A DNA stretch of 64,000 nt, taken from Planctomycetota bacterium. GTDB lineage: Bacteria; Planctomycetota; PLA2; JAEUHO01. The stretch lies in the NCBI GenBank assembly GCA_965222115.1, contig CBDCTJ010000007.1:1312001-1376000 (forward strand), written 5' to 3'. Made by a program: the position numbers and the translations under genes. The first letter of the stretch is position 1, and each line of letters starts with the position of its first letter. This document shows positions 18,903 through 29,602 of the stretch, in pieces. Below the pieces are notes generated by a model that was not told the origin of the DNA, did not search any database, and saw only the letters and a list, made by a program, of their open reading frames with translations.

Positions 18903-20900
18903 TTACGCAAGATCCAGTACGCGCTTGTAAAACGCGGGTACGGCGTCGGGGTCATGCGTCATCAGTACGTGGCTTTCAAGCCAGTCGGGCGCGCGCTTCT
19001 GGTCCATCATGACGCTAAACTGCTTGCGCAACGCGCGCCAATAGGGGCCTTTCTTATGTTCACCGAAGAACACAAGCGGCGACAACTCGATTACACCTAG
19101 CTTCATGTCGGTGAGTGTGAGGCCCACTTCTTCCAGTGTGCCCACACCACCCGTAAAGAACAAATGGAAGCTGGCAATCTCAAACCATCGCTGGCGTGCC
19201 TGGCGACTTCGGCCTTGAAACGTTTGATAGAATTCCGCGACTTGATTGGTCTTCTGATCCACCGTTTCAATAAAGCTAGCGCCCACCAGCAAACCCCGCT
19301 CGCGCGCAATGTCGGTCGCTTGTTGCATGGCGCCGGGTCCACCACCGGTAATGATCGCAATGTCATCACCGAACATGGTGTGTAGATTCTCAATCAACCG
19401 TTCTACGCGATCCTGCGTCTTGACATTGAGCGGTTTGGACGAGCCATACGCCGCGAAAATGAGCGACTTGCGAAAGCGATCCACGTTCTGCGGTTCCATG
19501 AAGTAGCCGCGCAGACCACGGAATATGTGTCGTACGACGTGTCCGCGCTCGTCATTGCACCAATAGACTTCGACTTCGAGGCCTTCGTAGTCGGCCAGTC
19601 GACCGTGATCGCGCGCCGACAGGAAGCCGCCATGCTCGTAGGAGGCGCGTCGAAAGATGACTCGCTTGACCTTCTTGCGCACGGCCGCTGCGGAAATCTC
19701 GGCGTGTTCCACGAGATTGGGGAAGTAACCGAGGAGCAACGTGACGCCAGCGCCATCGGGCAGGTCGGCCAGCGCATTTGTGCCAAACGGGCCGCGGTAG
19801 GGGAGACGCAGGCGACCGGCGCGGTGTCGTGCGGTGCGATCGCCACCTTCCGATGGCTGTAGCGGTCGTTCCGGATGCTGCCACCACACCGCCGGGTCTT
19901 CGCCGTCCAGCATGGCGCCGATGTCATCAGTGATGGCCACCAACCGATGGCTGTATCGACCGGCTTCCTGATTGTTTTCCAATCGATCGAACAGCTTAGA
20001 CAGCGCCATGTACTCGGCCGTGGCGCCGCCACGCTGCGCCTGGACGGAACTGCTGGCGTCGTCCGCAAGATCCACACCCTGCCAGTAGTGGGTGCGCGGC
20101 GGCAATTCGGCGGCCCGGTAAAGCGCGGCGGATGCTGCCGGATTCACAATGCGATGATCGGTGGAGTTATGAAACTCCAAGAATATGTTGGTGCCGCGTG
20201 TCGTGATGGGGTCCAGCACCACGGCTTCGAGATGTTGACCCAAGGGTGTGGCGTCACTTTCCAAGACGACGTAGTGTTTGTGTAAGAACATGGAGCACGA
20301 CGTAATCACGCCGTCGCCTGGCGCCAGCACAATGCGGTCTACGGGGCGTCGAACTTGCAGTCGATTGAGCACGTCTTTGCCGTCTTCGCGAACAGCAATC
20401 GTTGTGAGCACGTCCTTAGTCAGCGGTTCCAGCAAGTCATACACATGACCGTGAGGGCGAATACGAAAGTGCCCGCCGTGATCAATGGAATAGCTGGCTG
20501 GAAGTTGTAGCTCGTTGTCGAGAATCGCCTGGTCGATCTCCTCAGAACGCAGTCGACGCTCGGGCGGGCAAAACACAAGTCGCCCGGCGCGCAGTCCCGG
20601 TTGAATCACATGCTCCAGCAGCGGCGCCACGTTGTAGGCCGAGACCATGGCGTTCACGGTGACGGGCAATACGTAGTCTTCGCCGTCGAGCGTGGGTCGC
20701 GCATCATCGAGGGGGACAACGTTGATGCCGAGTCGCGCCAATCGACTTCGTGCCGCGAAACGAATGTGTTCCTCTTGCCCCAGCACCAGCTCCCGCATGG
20801 CCGCCGTGGAGGGAAACCCCACTTCGGCCGTAAACACGCCGTCGCTGGCGCGAGTCACACGCCGAATCCAACCGTCCGGTGTCTGGGGTGCGGTGAACAT
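18903..20900 (-). CDS. Long LOG-family protein (C-terminal LOG domain, large N-terminal region)
   Basis: ITGGGPGAM and GGVGTLEE motifs; AGGAG upstream of ATG 20900. Confidence 0.8.
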   Translation of the reverse strand: MFTAPQTPDGWIRRVTRASDGVFTAEVGFPSTAAMRELVLGQEEHIRFAARSRLARLGINVVPLDDARPTLDGEDYVLPVTVNAMVSAYNVAPLLEHVIQPGLRAGRLVFCPPERRLRSEEIDQAILDNELQLPASYSIDHGGHFRIRPHGHVYDLLEPLTKDVLTTIAVREDGKDVLNRLQVRRPVDRIVLAPGDGVITSCSMFLHKHYVVLESDATPLGQHLEAVVLDPITTRGTNIFLEFHNSTDHRIVNPAASAALYRAAELPPRTHYWQGVDLADDASSSVQAQRGGATAEYMALSKLFDRLENNQEAGRYSHRLVAITDDIGAMLDGEDPAVWWQHPERPLQPSEGGDRTARHRAGRLRLPYRGPFGTNALADLPDGAGVTLLLGYFPNLVEHAEISAAAVRKKVKRVIFRRASYEHGGFLSARDHGRLADYEGLEVEVYWCNDERGHVVRHIFRGLRGYFMEPQNVDRFRKSLIFAAYGSSKPLNVKTQDRVERLIENLHTMFGDDIAIITGGGPGAMQQATDIARERGLLVGASFIETVDQKTNQVAEFYQTFQGRSRQARQRWFEIASFHLFFTGGVGTLEEVGLTLTDMKLGVIELSPLVFFGEHKKGPYWRALRKQFSVMMDQKRAPDWLESHVLMTHDPDAVPAFYKRVLDLA

Positions 20901-21347
20901 GCTGCTAGGGGCTCCTGGAACATCGAAAGCGATCCCGCATGGGTGCATCGCTCGTTTCTCTCTGCGCGGGACGCTACCGCGAGGTAGCGCTGTGTGGGTC
21001 GGATTCGTGGGCCCGAATCGGCGACTCGTCAGCGGGTGATCCTAAGTCCATTCGATATAATAGTTTATGAAATAGTGTCGATTGGGGAACGGTCCGCGGA
21101 TGGCAGGCACTCGATGTGCGACGTGACTGTCGATCGCGTGCATTGCGCATCGCTACCACCCGCGCGTGGTGCCCCCGCTAGGATAAGCGTTCGCACCGTC
21201 GGGTACCTTGCCTGTAAGGGTCTGGTGCGAGAGTGAGCGCGCGAGTTTCGATGACGTAGAACTTGGTGGGTTAGGACAGATGAGTCGCCCACAGGTTGCG
21301 CCCATCTGTTTTCGGCCTGTCTATTCATACCTGGAGTTCAAATTCCT

Positions 21348-22766
21348 ATGAAGCCTATCCACGCAAAGACGTTCATGTCGTACGCGTTGGCAGTCTCGGC
21401 TGCCTTCCTCATGACGTTGGCTCCTCTCACTTCGTCATCCGTCGCTTCCGCCGAAGAGGGCGGCATCTTGGTGAAAGACGACGGTAGCGCCGAGAAGAAA
21501 GGCGATAAGCCTGCCAAGAGCAGTTCATCGACCGGCGCGGGCTCCGCACGCGATATCACCAATCGCCTCTTCGAACTGCTCCGACAAGATCACGGCACGC
21601 CCGATCTTTACATCAGCATTCTGATGGCCATTGGTATGCAACCAACAACCGCCGTGTCAGATCGTCAGCGCGAGGTGCTGCAGGACTGCGTTGTCAAGGG
21701 CAAGCTCTACGGTCGCAAGATGCAGGCGCTGGTGCGCAGCTACGCCTGCTTGGCATTGGGTCGCATTGGCAAGCATGCGCAGATCGGCGCTTTTGAGGGC
21801 ATTCTCTTCAGTCGTCGTGTAAAGAACAACAACATCAAGCGCTCGGCCGCTATTGGGCTCGGCTTGCTCGGCAAGTTGGCCAACGATGAAGAGCGCGTCA
21901 AGATCGCCAAGACGTTGCTCAAAGCCATTGACAAGGGCAAGTTGAAAGACGCCAGTGCGCAGAACTTTGCGTTCATTAGCCTTGCGTACTTGATTCTCTA
22001 CGACGTCCAGGCGGGTAAGACGGCTGTTATCAGTGACACCAAGGCCGACGAGACATTGCTCAAGGTCACCGTTGATGGCCGCCTCACACAGAAGCCCTAC
22101 GGCGCGTTGTCCCTCGCATTGATCAGCCGTGAGATTGGCGATACCACGTCCATCAAGAAGCTCGGCGACTTCCGCTCAAAAGCGCTTGAGACCATTCGCA
22201 ACAGTTTCCGTAGTGGTAAGGGCCTCGATTCCCATGCCCGTGCAGGCTTTGCCGTGTCGCTTGGTATTGCCAAAGACACGCTGGTCGTGAAGGAACTCAC
22301 TAAGGTGCTTTCCGATCGCAAGGCCGACCCCTTCTTGCGCGCCTATTGCGCACTTGGGCTTGGGCTCATCGGCATTGGCACCAACGAGGTCAAGGTCGCC
22401 ATTCGCGAAGCGCTCAAGGATCGCCGGTCGAAGGACCTTCGCCAGCAGGCGGCCGTTGCGTTGGGTCTACTCCAAGACCAAGAAGCCGTGCCGCTCCTGC
22501 TGAAGGAACTCGACAAGGCCAAGACGCAGGCGCAAAAGGGTCTCGTGATTCTGGCGCTCGCCAAGGTCGGTGACGCGCGCTCCGTGGCGCCGCTCATCAA
22601 GCGCATCAAAAATCCGCGTGAAAAGGATCTCACCCGTGCGCTCTGCGTGGCGGGCCTCGGTGTGATTGGCGACCTTGAGTGGATTCCTTCACTCTCGCGC
22701 ATCAGCGAGAACGTGAACTACCGCGCTTCCACCGACGTCATGCGAGAGGTGCTGTCGATTATCTAA
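21348..22766 (+). CDS. Exported HEAT-repeat protein
   Basis: Signal peptide; repeated R..AA.ALG.IG units; GGAG RBS. Confidence 0.85.
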   Translation: MKPIHAKTFMSYALAVSAAFLMTLAPLTSSSVASAEEGGILVKDDGSAEKKGDKPAKSSSSTGAGSARDITNRLFELLRQDHGTPDLYISILMAIGMQPTTAVSDRQREVLQDCVVKGKLYGRKMQALVRSYACLALGRIGKHAQIGAFEGILFSRRVKNNNIKRSAAIGLGLLGKLANDEERVKIAKTLLKAIDKGKLKDASAQNFAFISLAYLILYDVQAGKTAVISDTKADETLLKVTVDGRLTQKPYGALSLALISREIGDTTSIKKLGDFRSKALETIRNSFRSGKGLDSHARAGFAVSLGIAKDTLVVKELTKVLSDRKADPFLRAYCALGLGLIGIGTNEVKVAIREALKDRRSKDLRQQAAVALGLLQDQEAVPLLLKELDKAKTQAQKGLVILALAKVGDARSVAPLIKRIKNPREKDLTRALCVAGLGVIGDLEWIPSLSRISENVNYRASTDVMREVLSII

Positions 22767-22795
22767 ATCGACTCACCCAAGTACGTTCATCTGGT

Positions 22796-22836
22796 CACGC
22801 GCGAATCCGATTGGGTTTGCGCGTGTTTCGTTTTTC
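22796..22836 (+). terminator. Intrinsic terminator
   Basis: CACGCGCGAATCC/GGGTTTGCGCGTG stem followed by TTTCGTTTTT. Confidence 0.75.
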
Positions 22837-22855
22837 GGATTGATGCACGGTATAA

Positions 22856-23061
22856 GCTGCGGTCGATCTCACGCAGAGGCGCTGAGCGAAAGAGGCGCAG
22901 TGGGCGACATGTCACGTTGGTAGTTGGCTGGTGCTTGAACGCTCCACTTCGCTATGTGAGCACCGCGCCTCCGCGAACTCCGCGTGAGATTGGATACCTA
23001 CGACGAGACAGCAAGCGCTCACACTCCACGCGAAGTTGTCAAATAGTGTGGATTGGTTCCT
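22856..23061 (+). repeat. Palindromic intergenic repeat, copy 1
   Basis: 135-bp core 22856-22990 differs from 29603-29737 at 3 positions; arms TCTCACGCAGAG...CTCCGCGTGAGA. Confidence 0.95.
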
Positions 23062-23077
23062 ATGCTAAGATGACGGC

Positions 23078-23332
23078 ATGGCGATCAAGTACAAACCGCC
23101 AAGCGCCAACGGCTACTTCGGTATCGGTACCAAGCCCGCGCACAAGCCTTGGCAACCTCCCGTTACGCGCGACTACACCGTCCGCCGCGAAGTCCCCGCC
23201 GCCTTTCGATCCCTTCGCTTGCGACGCGGCAAGCGATCTGCCGTGGTCACTAACGGCTGGCTTACGAATGTCGCCGTCACCCTGGTCGCGTTGGCGTTTG
23301 TCGTCTCGGTAGCCAAGTTGTTGGGGATGTGA
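23078..23332 (+). CDS. Small basic protein with C-terminal TM helix
   Basis: 84-aa ORF filling the gap after the repeat; hydrophobic C-terminus. Confidence 0.5.
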   Translation: MAIKYKPPSANGYFGIGTKPAHKPWQPPVTRDYTVRREVPAAFRSLRLRRGKRSAVVTNGWLTNVAVTLVALAFVVSVAKLLGM

Positions 23333-23397
23333 GGCCGTACGCGTTACGGAATCTAACAAATCCGGCCCTCGAAACCCTCCGGGCGGTGTCTTGACTC

Positions 23398-25638
23398 ATG
23401 ACCACGATGAGCAACGAACCCATCCCCATTGAGCGCGCTCGAGAACGTGCGCGTCGACTTGCCTTGGCCCTTGTGTCAGATCGAGACGTGGCCGAAGACA
23501 TTGCCCAGGACGCCGCGCTTCGGATTGTGCAAGGACGCTTGCAGGCAAGTGAGTCGTATCGAGGTTTGCTCGCCACGACCGTTCGCCGTCTGGTCATCAA
23601 TCGTTGGCGGAGCAAACACAGGCGTAGACACCATGAGACGTCCGCGGTGGACGGTCGTCGATCGATTGCGGCGACGGACGATCTTGCGGCCATGGCCGAA
23701 ATGCAGGCAACGTTGTGGACCCTCGTGCGCGAACTTCCCGAGCCGTACGGTTCCACGTTGTTGCTGCGATTCCTTGAGGGGCTTCCGCCTCGACGTATTG
23801 CAAAGAATCGTAGTGTCCCTGTCGAAACCGTGAAGAGTCAACTGAAGCGTGGACTACGCATGCTTCGTGTGCGCATGGATCGGCAATACGGTGGGCGCCG
23901 AGAGCTCTGGATGACAGGGCTCCTGCCGTTGTTACGGCACCCACCGACAGGGGTGCTCCTAGGAACGCGCTCTCTTATGCGCACAGGAGGCGCAGTGATG
24001 AAGAAATCCACGATGGCCCGTCTGGCGATTCTCCTTCCGCTTCTTCTTGCGACTGGTGGTGTTGTTCTTTGGGCGACGGGCGCGTTCGAAGGAGAGGACG
24101 AGACATCGTCACCCAAGCATCAAGCGAAGGCCGTCGATGCGGACCGTGGTAATCGTGAGATTTTTACCGACGAGGGAGGACTTGCACGTACTTCGAATCC
24201 TACACTCCGCGCAAGTCCGATTGCACCGAACGAGATTCAACCTGCGTCGCCAACGTCAGATCCCCTGGAGACCAAGGAAGACAAGGCTTTGGCGGATACG
24301 GAATCCGAGCAGGCATACACCATCGAAGGCATCGCCACATTGCGTGGTTCAGCGGATGTTGTTACGCAAGGCGTCGTGGTCGCAGTCGCGAACGTGATTA
24401 GTCCCAACGCGCGTACCGGTGAATTTCGAAGGACGCAAAAAACGTGGCGCAGCGAGATAGACAGCAAGGGTCATTTTTGTATCCGGGTTTCCGGATCGCC
24501 CCTGCCCCGCGTTTCCCGTCTCACGTATGAAGGTCGAGATCACCACCTCGTATCGTGGAAACTCGACAAACCCGGCACGCCGCAGCGCGAGCAACTTGGC
24601 CCGATTTGGAACTCGGCCATGGTCATTACGCACGAGGCCGGTCACATCAACCGCGTCAAGCTCAATTTAGCGCCAAGCTTTCGGCTACGGGGCTTTGTGA
24701 CGGATGAAGATGGAGTCCGCTTGGGCGGCGCAAAGATCCAGTTTGGCGTTCCGCACGGAACGCCCAGGCGGCGAGCCGTATTTGGCCAGCGGGAGGTGAC
24801 GGGCGTCGAAGGTAGGTTTGACATAGGGCCCTTTCTCGCTAGCGGTGAAGGCAACGTCATCGCAGGCGTCACGATAACGAAGGATGGGTACGCAACGGCG
24901 AAGCTCGATCCATGGTCGCTTGAGCGCCACGAACGCGACAATGTACGAGTGGTCATGTCGCGAGGTGCAACGCTTGAAGGCCATGTACTAAGTCCCAGCA
25001 ACGAGCCCCTCCAGGGCGTAGTGGTCGAAGTAGAGTTTGGCGATTATCAACGTCGCGTTGCTACGCGAACCGATGCAAGCGGACGGTTCCGACTCGAACG
25101 CGTAAGCTACGGAAGAGCAACTCTGCGCGCACGTGCATTTCAGTACGGCGCCATCTACGAAGCAGAAAGAGATATTGAACAAGACGAGCTTGAGCTAGAT
25201 CTGAAGACGGAACCGGTTTTTATCGCTCCCGAAGACAAGCAGATTGTTGTACTCGGGTTGACCCTTGTTGACGTAGACGAACGCATTCGGAAGGCATACC
25301 GTCTACCGAAGCAAGTAACCGTTGCGATCGTCGCGTGCGACGAAACGCACAAGCGTCTCGGGGTAGGCACGTTGGAGCCGGGGTATGGCCTCTGGATGGT
25401 GGGAGACACGGCCGTGAGCAACACGAAAGATCTAATAGAGCGCATACTAAGGCACTACCAGAAACTCAATTCGCGTTCCTCGTCTGGGGAGGTAGCGCGC
25501 GATCCCGGGCTACGAACCGTCTACACATTCGCCAACGAGCGGATGTCCGGATCCAGTACACAGCACTTGCGTCTGTCGGCCGATCATCAGCAGGAAGTCG
25601 AGAACCTCGCGCGCCGGATGGGCATCGAGTCCGAGTGA
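23398..25638 (+). CDS. ECF sigma factor fused to TM helix and extracytoplasmic carboxypeptidase-regulatory-like domains
   Basis: AEDIAQDA (region 2), LPEPY..LLLRFLEGL...ETVKSQLKRG (region 4), TM, G.V....G.PL.G..V / TDASGRF repeats. Confidence 0.88.
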   Translation: MTTMSNEPIPIERARERARRLALALVSDRDVAEDIAQDAALRIVQGRLQASESYRGLLATTVRRLVINRWRSKHRRRHHETSAVDGRRSIAATDDLAAMAEMQATLWTLVRELPEPYGSTLLLRFLEGLPPRRIAKNRSVPVETVKSQLKRGLRMLRVRMDRQYGGRRELWMTGLLPLLRHPPTGVLLGTRSLMRTGGAVMKKSTMARLAILLPLLLATGGVVLWATGAFEGEDETSSPKHQAKAVDADRGNREIFTDEGGLARTSNPTLRASPIAPNEIQPASPTSDPLETKEDKALADTESEQAYTIEGIATLRGSADVVTQGVVVAVANVISPNARTGEFRRTQKTWRSEIDSKGHFCIRVSGSPLPRVSRLTYEGRDHHLVSWKLDKPGTPQREQLGPIWNSAMVITHEAGHINRVKLNLAPSFRLRGFVTDEDGVRLGGAKIQFGVPHGTPRRRAVFGQREVTGVEGRFDIGPFLASGEGNVIAGVTITKDGYATAKLDPWSLERHERDNVRVVMSRGATLEGHVLSPSNEPLQGVVVEVEFGDYQRRVATRTDASGRFRLERVSYGRATLRARAFQYGAIYEAERDIEQDELELDLKTEPVFIAPEDKQIVVLGLTLVDVDERIRKAYRLPKQVTVAIVACDETHKRLGVGTLEPGYGLWMVGDTAVSNTKDLIERILRHYQKLNSRSSSGEVARDPGLRTVYTFANERMSGSSTQHLRLSADHQQEVENLARRMGIESE

Positions 25639-25644
25639 GTTTTA

Positions 25645-25852
25645 CGGTCGACCTCACGCAGGGGCGCTGAGCGACGAGGCGCAGTGGGCAACTTGTCACG
25701 TTGGTAGTCGGCTGATGCTAGAACGCTCCACTCCGATGTGAGAGCACCGCGTCTCCGCATCACTGCGTCACGGCGTGAAATGAGTTGTGTGCGCGTACCG
25801 CAACCTCGTTCACACCCCACGCAACGTACCTGAAAAGTGTGGATTTTTCCCT
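25645..25852 (+). repeat. Palindromic intergenic repeat, copy 2 (more diverged)
   Basis: CTCACGCAGGGGCGCTGAGCGACGAGGCGCAGTGGGC...GTCACGTTGGTAGT...GAACGCTCCACT; tail AGTGTGGATT shared with copy 1. Confidence 0.9.
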
Positions 25853-25879
25853 GACACCATATGACTCTTGTGAGCGTCC

Positions 25880-28800
25880 ATGCGCGTCATCGTCATTGCC
25901 ACCGTACTGTTCCTCGTGCTTGTAATGTCAATCGCCTCGGCACGCGAGCCCGATTCAGAGAATGCAAGTACTTGCAGTCTGACTGTAAACGTGTTCCTCA
26001 ATGCGTCGAGAAGCAAGGGGCGCGTGTCCATCTGGAGCGAAGCAGCGTTTCCAACTGCACTGATCGACTGTCACCCTAGCACGGTTCCACCACTTCGCTC
26101 GCAAGTCACTCAAGAAGGACATCGAGTCAAGTTCAGTGGGCTCGCCGTGGGTGCGTACATGCTTGCGGCTGACATTGAAGGCTATCCACGCACCTATTTA
26201 CCTGTGCGTCTGCTAGCCTCGGGCAATCAAGTAGACGTTGATCTTACCGTTCGAGGTGGAAGTCATGAGTTTCGTGGCCGCGTCGTTTGGGGCGATGGCA
26301 AATCGTTCCAAGGCGTGGTACATGCAACGCTACGGTCAACGTGCCATACACCCGCAGAGAGTTCGTTCAGCCATTGCATGGCCGAAACCAATGAAGAGGG
26401 GGCGTTTCGGTTCGCTGGACTTGCTGCAGATCGTTACCTCGTCAGTGTGACTGCGCCGGGTCGATTCTTATCAAGCCATTCTTGGTCGATCATGATGCCT
26501 CCACCAGCGGATATGACACTGATTGCCGATGAAGGCATTGTGCGCCGCAACGTCGTCGTGGTGGATCACAAGAGCCAGCGCCCGATTCCCAACGTAGCCG
26601 TTTCTTCCACGAGTTGGCAGGGGACTCAAAGCCAGCACGCGACTGATAAAGAGGGGCGTGTATGGGTTCGTGGTGGATCGACGTTCACATTTGCCGCAAA
26701 GGGATACGCCACGTTGAGGCGAGAACTAGATGAGTTCGAAGAACCGCTTCGGGTCGCGATGGAACGAGGAGCTTCTGTACGTGGCGTTATATCGATAGAG
26801 GGCGCTGAGAGGCCTGGCCTCGAAGTCACTGTGGCCGCCATGCGAGTTCATCAGGGGGATCCCACTGAGGACGTTCACGTTACTGTGGCGAACGAAAAGG
26901 GGGAGTACAGCATCGAGGGCCTCAAGCCAGGTCGGTGGTTGATCGCAGCCATTGGAAGGAGATGGGCGAGCGTTGATGGAGGCATCGCAACGGTTGAAGG
27001 GCTACGTGATGCGGCCATTGTGTTGGAATCTGATGCGACGACGGAGCACCGCATTCACATGCGGCGTACCCTCGCGATGCACGTCAACGTACGCGATCCA
27101 AGCGGCCACCCTGTCTCGCGTGTTCGCGTCGCGGCCGTGCCTGAACAACAACTCAGGCGATTTGCTCCATTCCTCTTTCATGAGCAGCTGCGTCCGCACT
27201 TGACTGGGCAGACCAACAAGGAGGGGCGCGCCCACTTAGACACAATCCTTCCGGGCATGAACTATGTGGTTATGGCGGAGTCCGCGGACTGCAGCATGCG
27301 AACACTCAATGTCGCCAAGCCGAAAAAGGACAGGCCGCTTGTTGTCAACGTGACATTGCCGCCGCTTCGATCCATGGATGTGCTGGTGCTTGACGACAAG
27401 ACTGGACGGCCCATTCCTAGTGCCTACGTCACCGTTCGAGACGACCTGAACGTCGGTCTCGCGTGTTGGCTTACCAACCAAGCGGGGAGTGCTTCTCTTT
27501 GTTATCGCTCGAATACGCCGCTTCGAGTGGATTGTGAAAAAATTGGGTATATGGAACTGGATTCGCCCGTCACTTCCGATCCAAATGGCATGGCGACGAT
27601 TCGTCTGAAACGAAGTCTCTCGATATCGGGCGTCGTGCGTTGTCCCGAAGAAGTGAAGGGCGTCGTTGCACGGGTAAAGACCGAAACAGATTCGCCAGGT
27701 CACTTCTTCTTACGCGGGAAGACTGCGTTCGATTGTGCGCCCGCGGGGAATCGATTCGTGCTTCGCAATCTCTCTCGCGGGGTTCATCGAATGTCTGCCC
27801 AACTCAAATGGAAGGGCACTACGTTTCGCGGCACCGCGACGGCCGAAGCTGGACGCACGGATGTGGAGATTCTCCTCAAGCCGTTTCAGGTTCCGAAGCC
27901 GATTCAAGTCAGTGTTGTCGACCCCGATAGGAAACCCGTTGTTCGGGCAAAGGCGCTTCTATTCGTTGAAGGAATAGCAATGCACCGGGCACCTCGCCAA
28001 CTCACTGTGAGAGATGGCCGGCTTCGATTCGCAGTACCCAACGGTGCTACGAGGCTTGCCATTGAGATCTACGGTGCAACGGATGAGAAAAGGAACGCCC
28101 TTGGCCTAGGACCACGTGAGGTGGGTCCAATTCCGCCCAGTGCGTTTCCGAAGTTGATTACGCTTCCCGAGGGGCGACGCATCGAAGGTCGTATTGTTGA
28201 CGCGTCGGGTCGCCCTGTTGCGAATGCGCAAATCATCGCTCGGCCTAGACGTTCGTTCGAGGCACGTCGGCCCGAGCAGGCAGCCGATGCGCTATTTCGT
28301 TTTGGCGCGTCCGGCCCCAGTCATGCGAATGCGCGTTCCAACGATCGCGGAGAGTTTGTGCTTGTTGGCCTCGGAAATAAACCCTACCAATTGGATGTCA
28401 ATCCTCCCAAGGGCTTTGCGCATCCGGAGCCAGTGCCGGCCGTGTTGCCCGGCTATTCACCGCAGCGGATAGTACTCGTGTCCGCACCTACGGTCACGAT
28501 TGGGGTTGTTGACAGGAGTGGGCAACCACTCGCCGGTGCGCGCGTACTTCTTTGGTGGAAAACAAGCGAAGGGAAAGAACGGAATCATTCGTCCACGTTT
28601 GAATCAATGACGACCGACAGTAGCGGTTCGATTTCATTCTACGATTTACATCCCAAGAGACACTGTCGACTGCGTATTGATCCACCCGAAGATCGAGAAG
28701 ATCTTCAGGTGATTCGCGTAGACCAGTGGCTTCCAAGATCAAACGTATTCAGATTCAAGCGCTCCTATGAGATCGTGGGGCATGTGCGCGATCGGTCTGG

Positions 28801-29536
28801 AGAGCCCGTGGCGGGGATCCACGTTGGCATTCGAAAGGAGGCAGGTCACCTGAATCTTGTTACGACCGACGAGTCCGGAGAGTTTCGGTTTTCGGATCTC
28901 GACAAGAAGCGCTACAACATTCAAGTGAGCGACGACTTACACCGCAAACATGGGCACCTTCCTTCATTGTCGGTATTGGCGGGAATCACGGACGCAGTCC
29001 TTGAGATTGACAAACGACGTCTATTGAAGTTTCGGTACGTGCGTTCTGAGGTCGAGCGTGGTCCACCGGGAATCATGAAACAAGCCGAGCTCTGGACGGA
29101 AGACGGTGAACTCGTTGGCTCCATTGCGTTTCCGTTGGATGACGACGCTGTTCTGTTGGAACTCGAATCAAATGAATCCTACGCAGTCTTGGGCCGTGCT
29201 TCCTTCAGTGGTGCGCGCGTGTTCCGACGCGGAGTCAGGACGGGAGCGGATGTTATTGTTCTTCGAGAAGCGCGCAGCGGCACCATCCGAGGCTCGCTCG
29301 CCTTGTCGAAGGATCAGCGAATCGAGTCCGCCGAGGGATTTGCCACCTGTGGCGGTGCGAAGTTATCTGTCGACGTGAATACAAATGGGGCGTGGTCGAT
29401 CTCACACGTACCACCCGAATCGACGTGGCACGTCACCATAACGGGTCTCGTTTCGGGGCGACATGTTTTCGCTTCTGGGCGTGTTGAACTAGGAAAACCG
29501 CCCACGAATCGATGGCCCGTCACGCGGAAGAAATGA
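25880..29536 (+). CDS. Large exported protein with tandem carboxypeptidase-regulatory-like beta domains
   Basis: Signal peptide; many GRIVDASGRPVANA / TDESGEFRF repeats. Confidence 0.85.
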   Translation: MRVIVIATVLFLVLVMSIASAREPDSENASTCSLTVNVFLNASRSKGRVSIWSEAAFPTALIDCHPSTVPPLRSQVTQEGHRVKFSGLAVGAYMLAADIEGYPRTYLPVRLLASGNQVDVDLTVRGGSHEFRGRVVWGDGKSFQGVVHATLRSTCHTPAESSFSHCMAETNEEGAFRFAGLAADRYLVSVTAPGRFLSSHSWSIMMPPPADMTLIADEGIVRRNVVVVDHKSQRPIPNVAVSSTSWQGTQSQHATDKEGRVWVRGGSTFTFAAKGYATLRRELDEFEEPLRVAMERGASVRGVISIEGAERPGLEVTVAAMRVHQGDPTEDVHVTVANEKGEYSIEGLKPGRWLIAAIGRRWASVDGGIATVEGLRDAAIVLESDATTEHRIHMRRTLAMHVNVRDPSGHPVSRVRVAAVPEQQLRRFAPFLFHEQLRPHLTGQTNKEGRAHLDTILPGMNYVVMAESADCSMRTLNVAKPKKDRPLVVNVTLPPLRSMDVLVLDDKTGRPIPSAYVTVRDDLNVGLACWLTNQAGSASLCYRSNTPLRVDCEKIGYMELDSPVTSDPNGMATIRLKRSLSISGVVRCPEEVKGVVARVKTETDSPGHFFLRGKTAFDCAPAGNRFVLRNLSRGVHRMSAQLKWKGTTFRGTATAEAGRTDVEILLKPFQVPKPIQVSVVDPDRKPVVRAKALLFVEGIAMHRAPRQLTVRDGRLRFAVPNGATRLAIEIYGATDEKRNALGLGPREVGPIPPSAFPKLITLPEGRRIEGRIVDASGRPVANAQIIARPRRSFEARRPEQAADALFRFGASGPSHANARSNDRGEFVLVGLGNKPYQLDVNPPKGFAHPEPVPAVLPGYSPQRIVLVSAPTVTIGVVDRSGQPLAGARVLLWWKTSEGKERNHSSTFESMTTDSSGSISFYDLHPKRHCRLRIDPPEDREDLQVIRVDQWLPRSNVFRFKRSYEIVGHVRDRSGEPVAGIHVGIRKEAGHLNLVTTDESGEFRFSDLDKKRYNIQVSDDLHRKHGHLPSLSVLAGITDAVLEIDKRRLLKFRYVRSEVERGPPGIMKQAELWTEDGELVGSIAFPLDDDAVLLELESNESYAVLGRASFSGARVFRRGVRTGADVIVLREARSGTIRGSLALSKDQRIESAEGFATCGGAKLSVDVNTNGAWSISHVPPESTWHVTITGLVSGRHVFASGRVELGKPPTNRWPVTRKK

Positions 29537-29602
29537 TCTCGCGCGCACACTTTCGTTGGACCTTCAAAGCGCGCGCATCGTTTTTGGATAGAACACGATA
29601 CG

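Noticed and set aside
23341-23397. ECF autoregulatory promoter (GAAAC...GTCT)
   Set aside because: Spacing of 12 nt is too short for typical ECF promoters; cannot be supported
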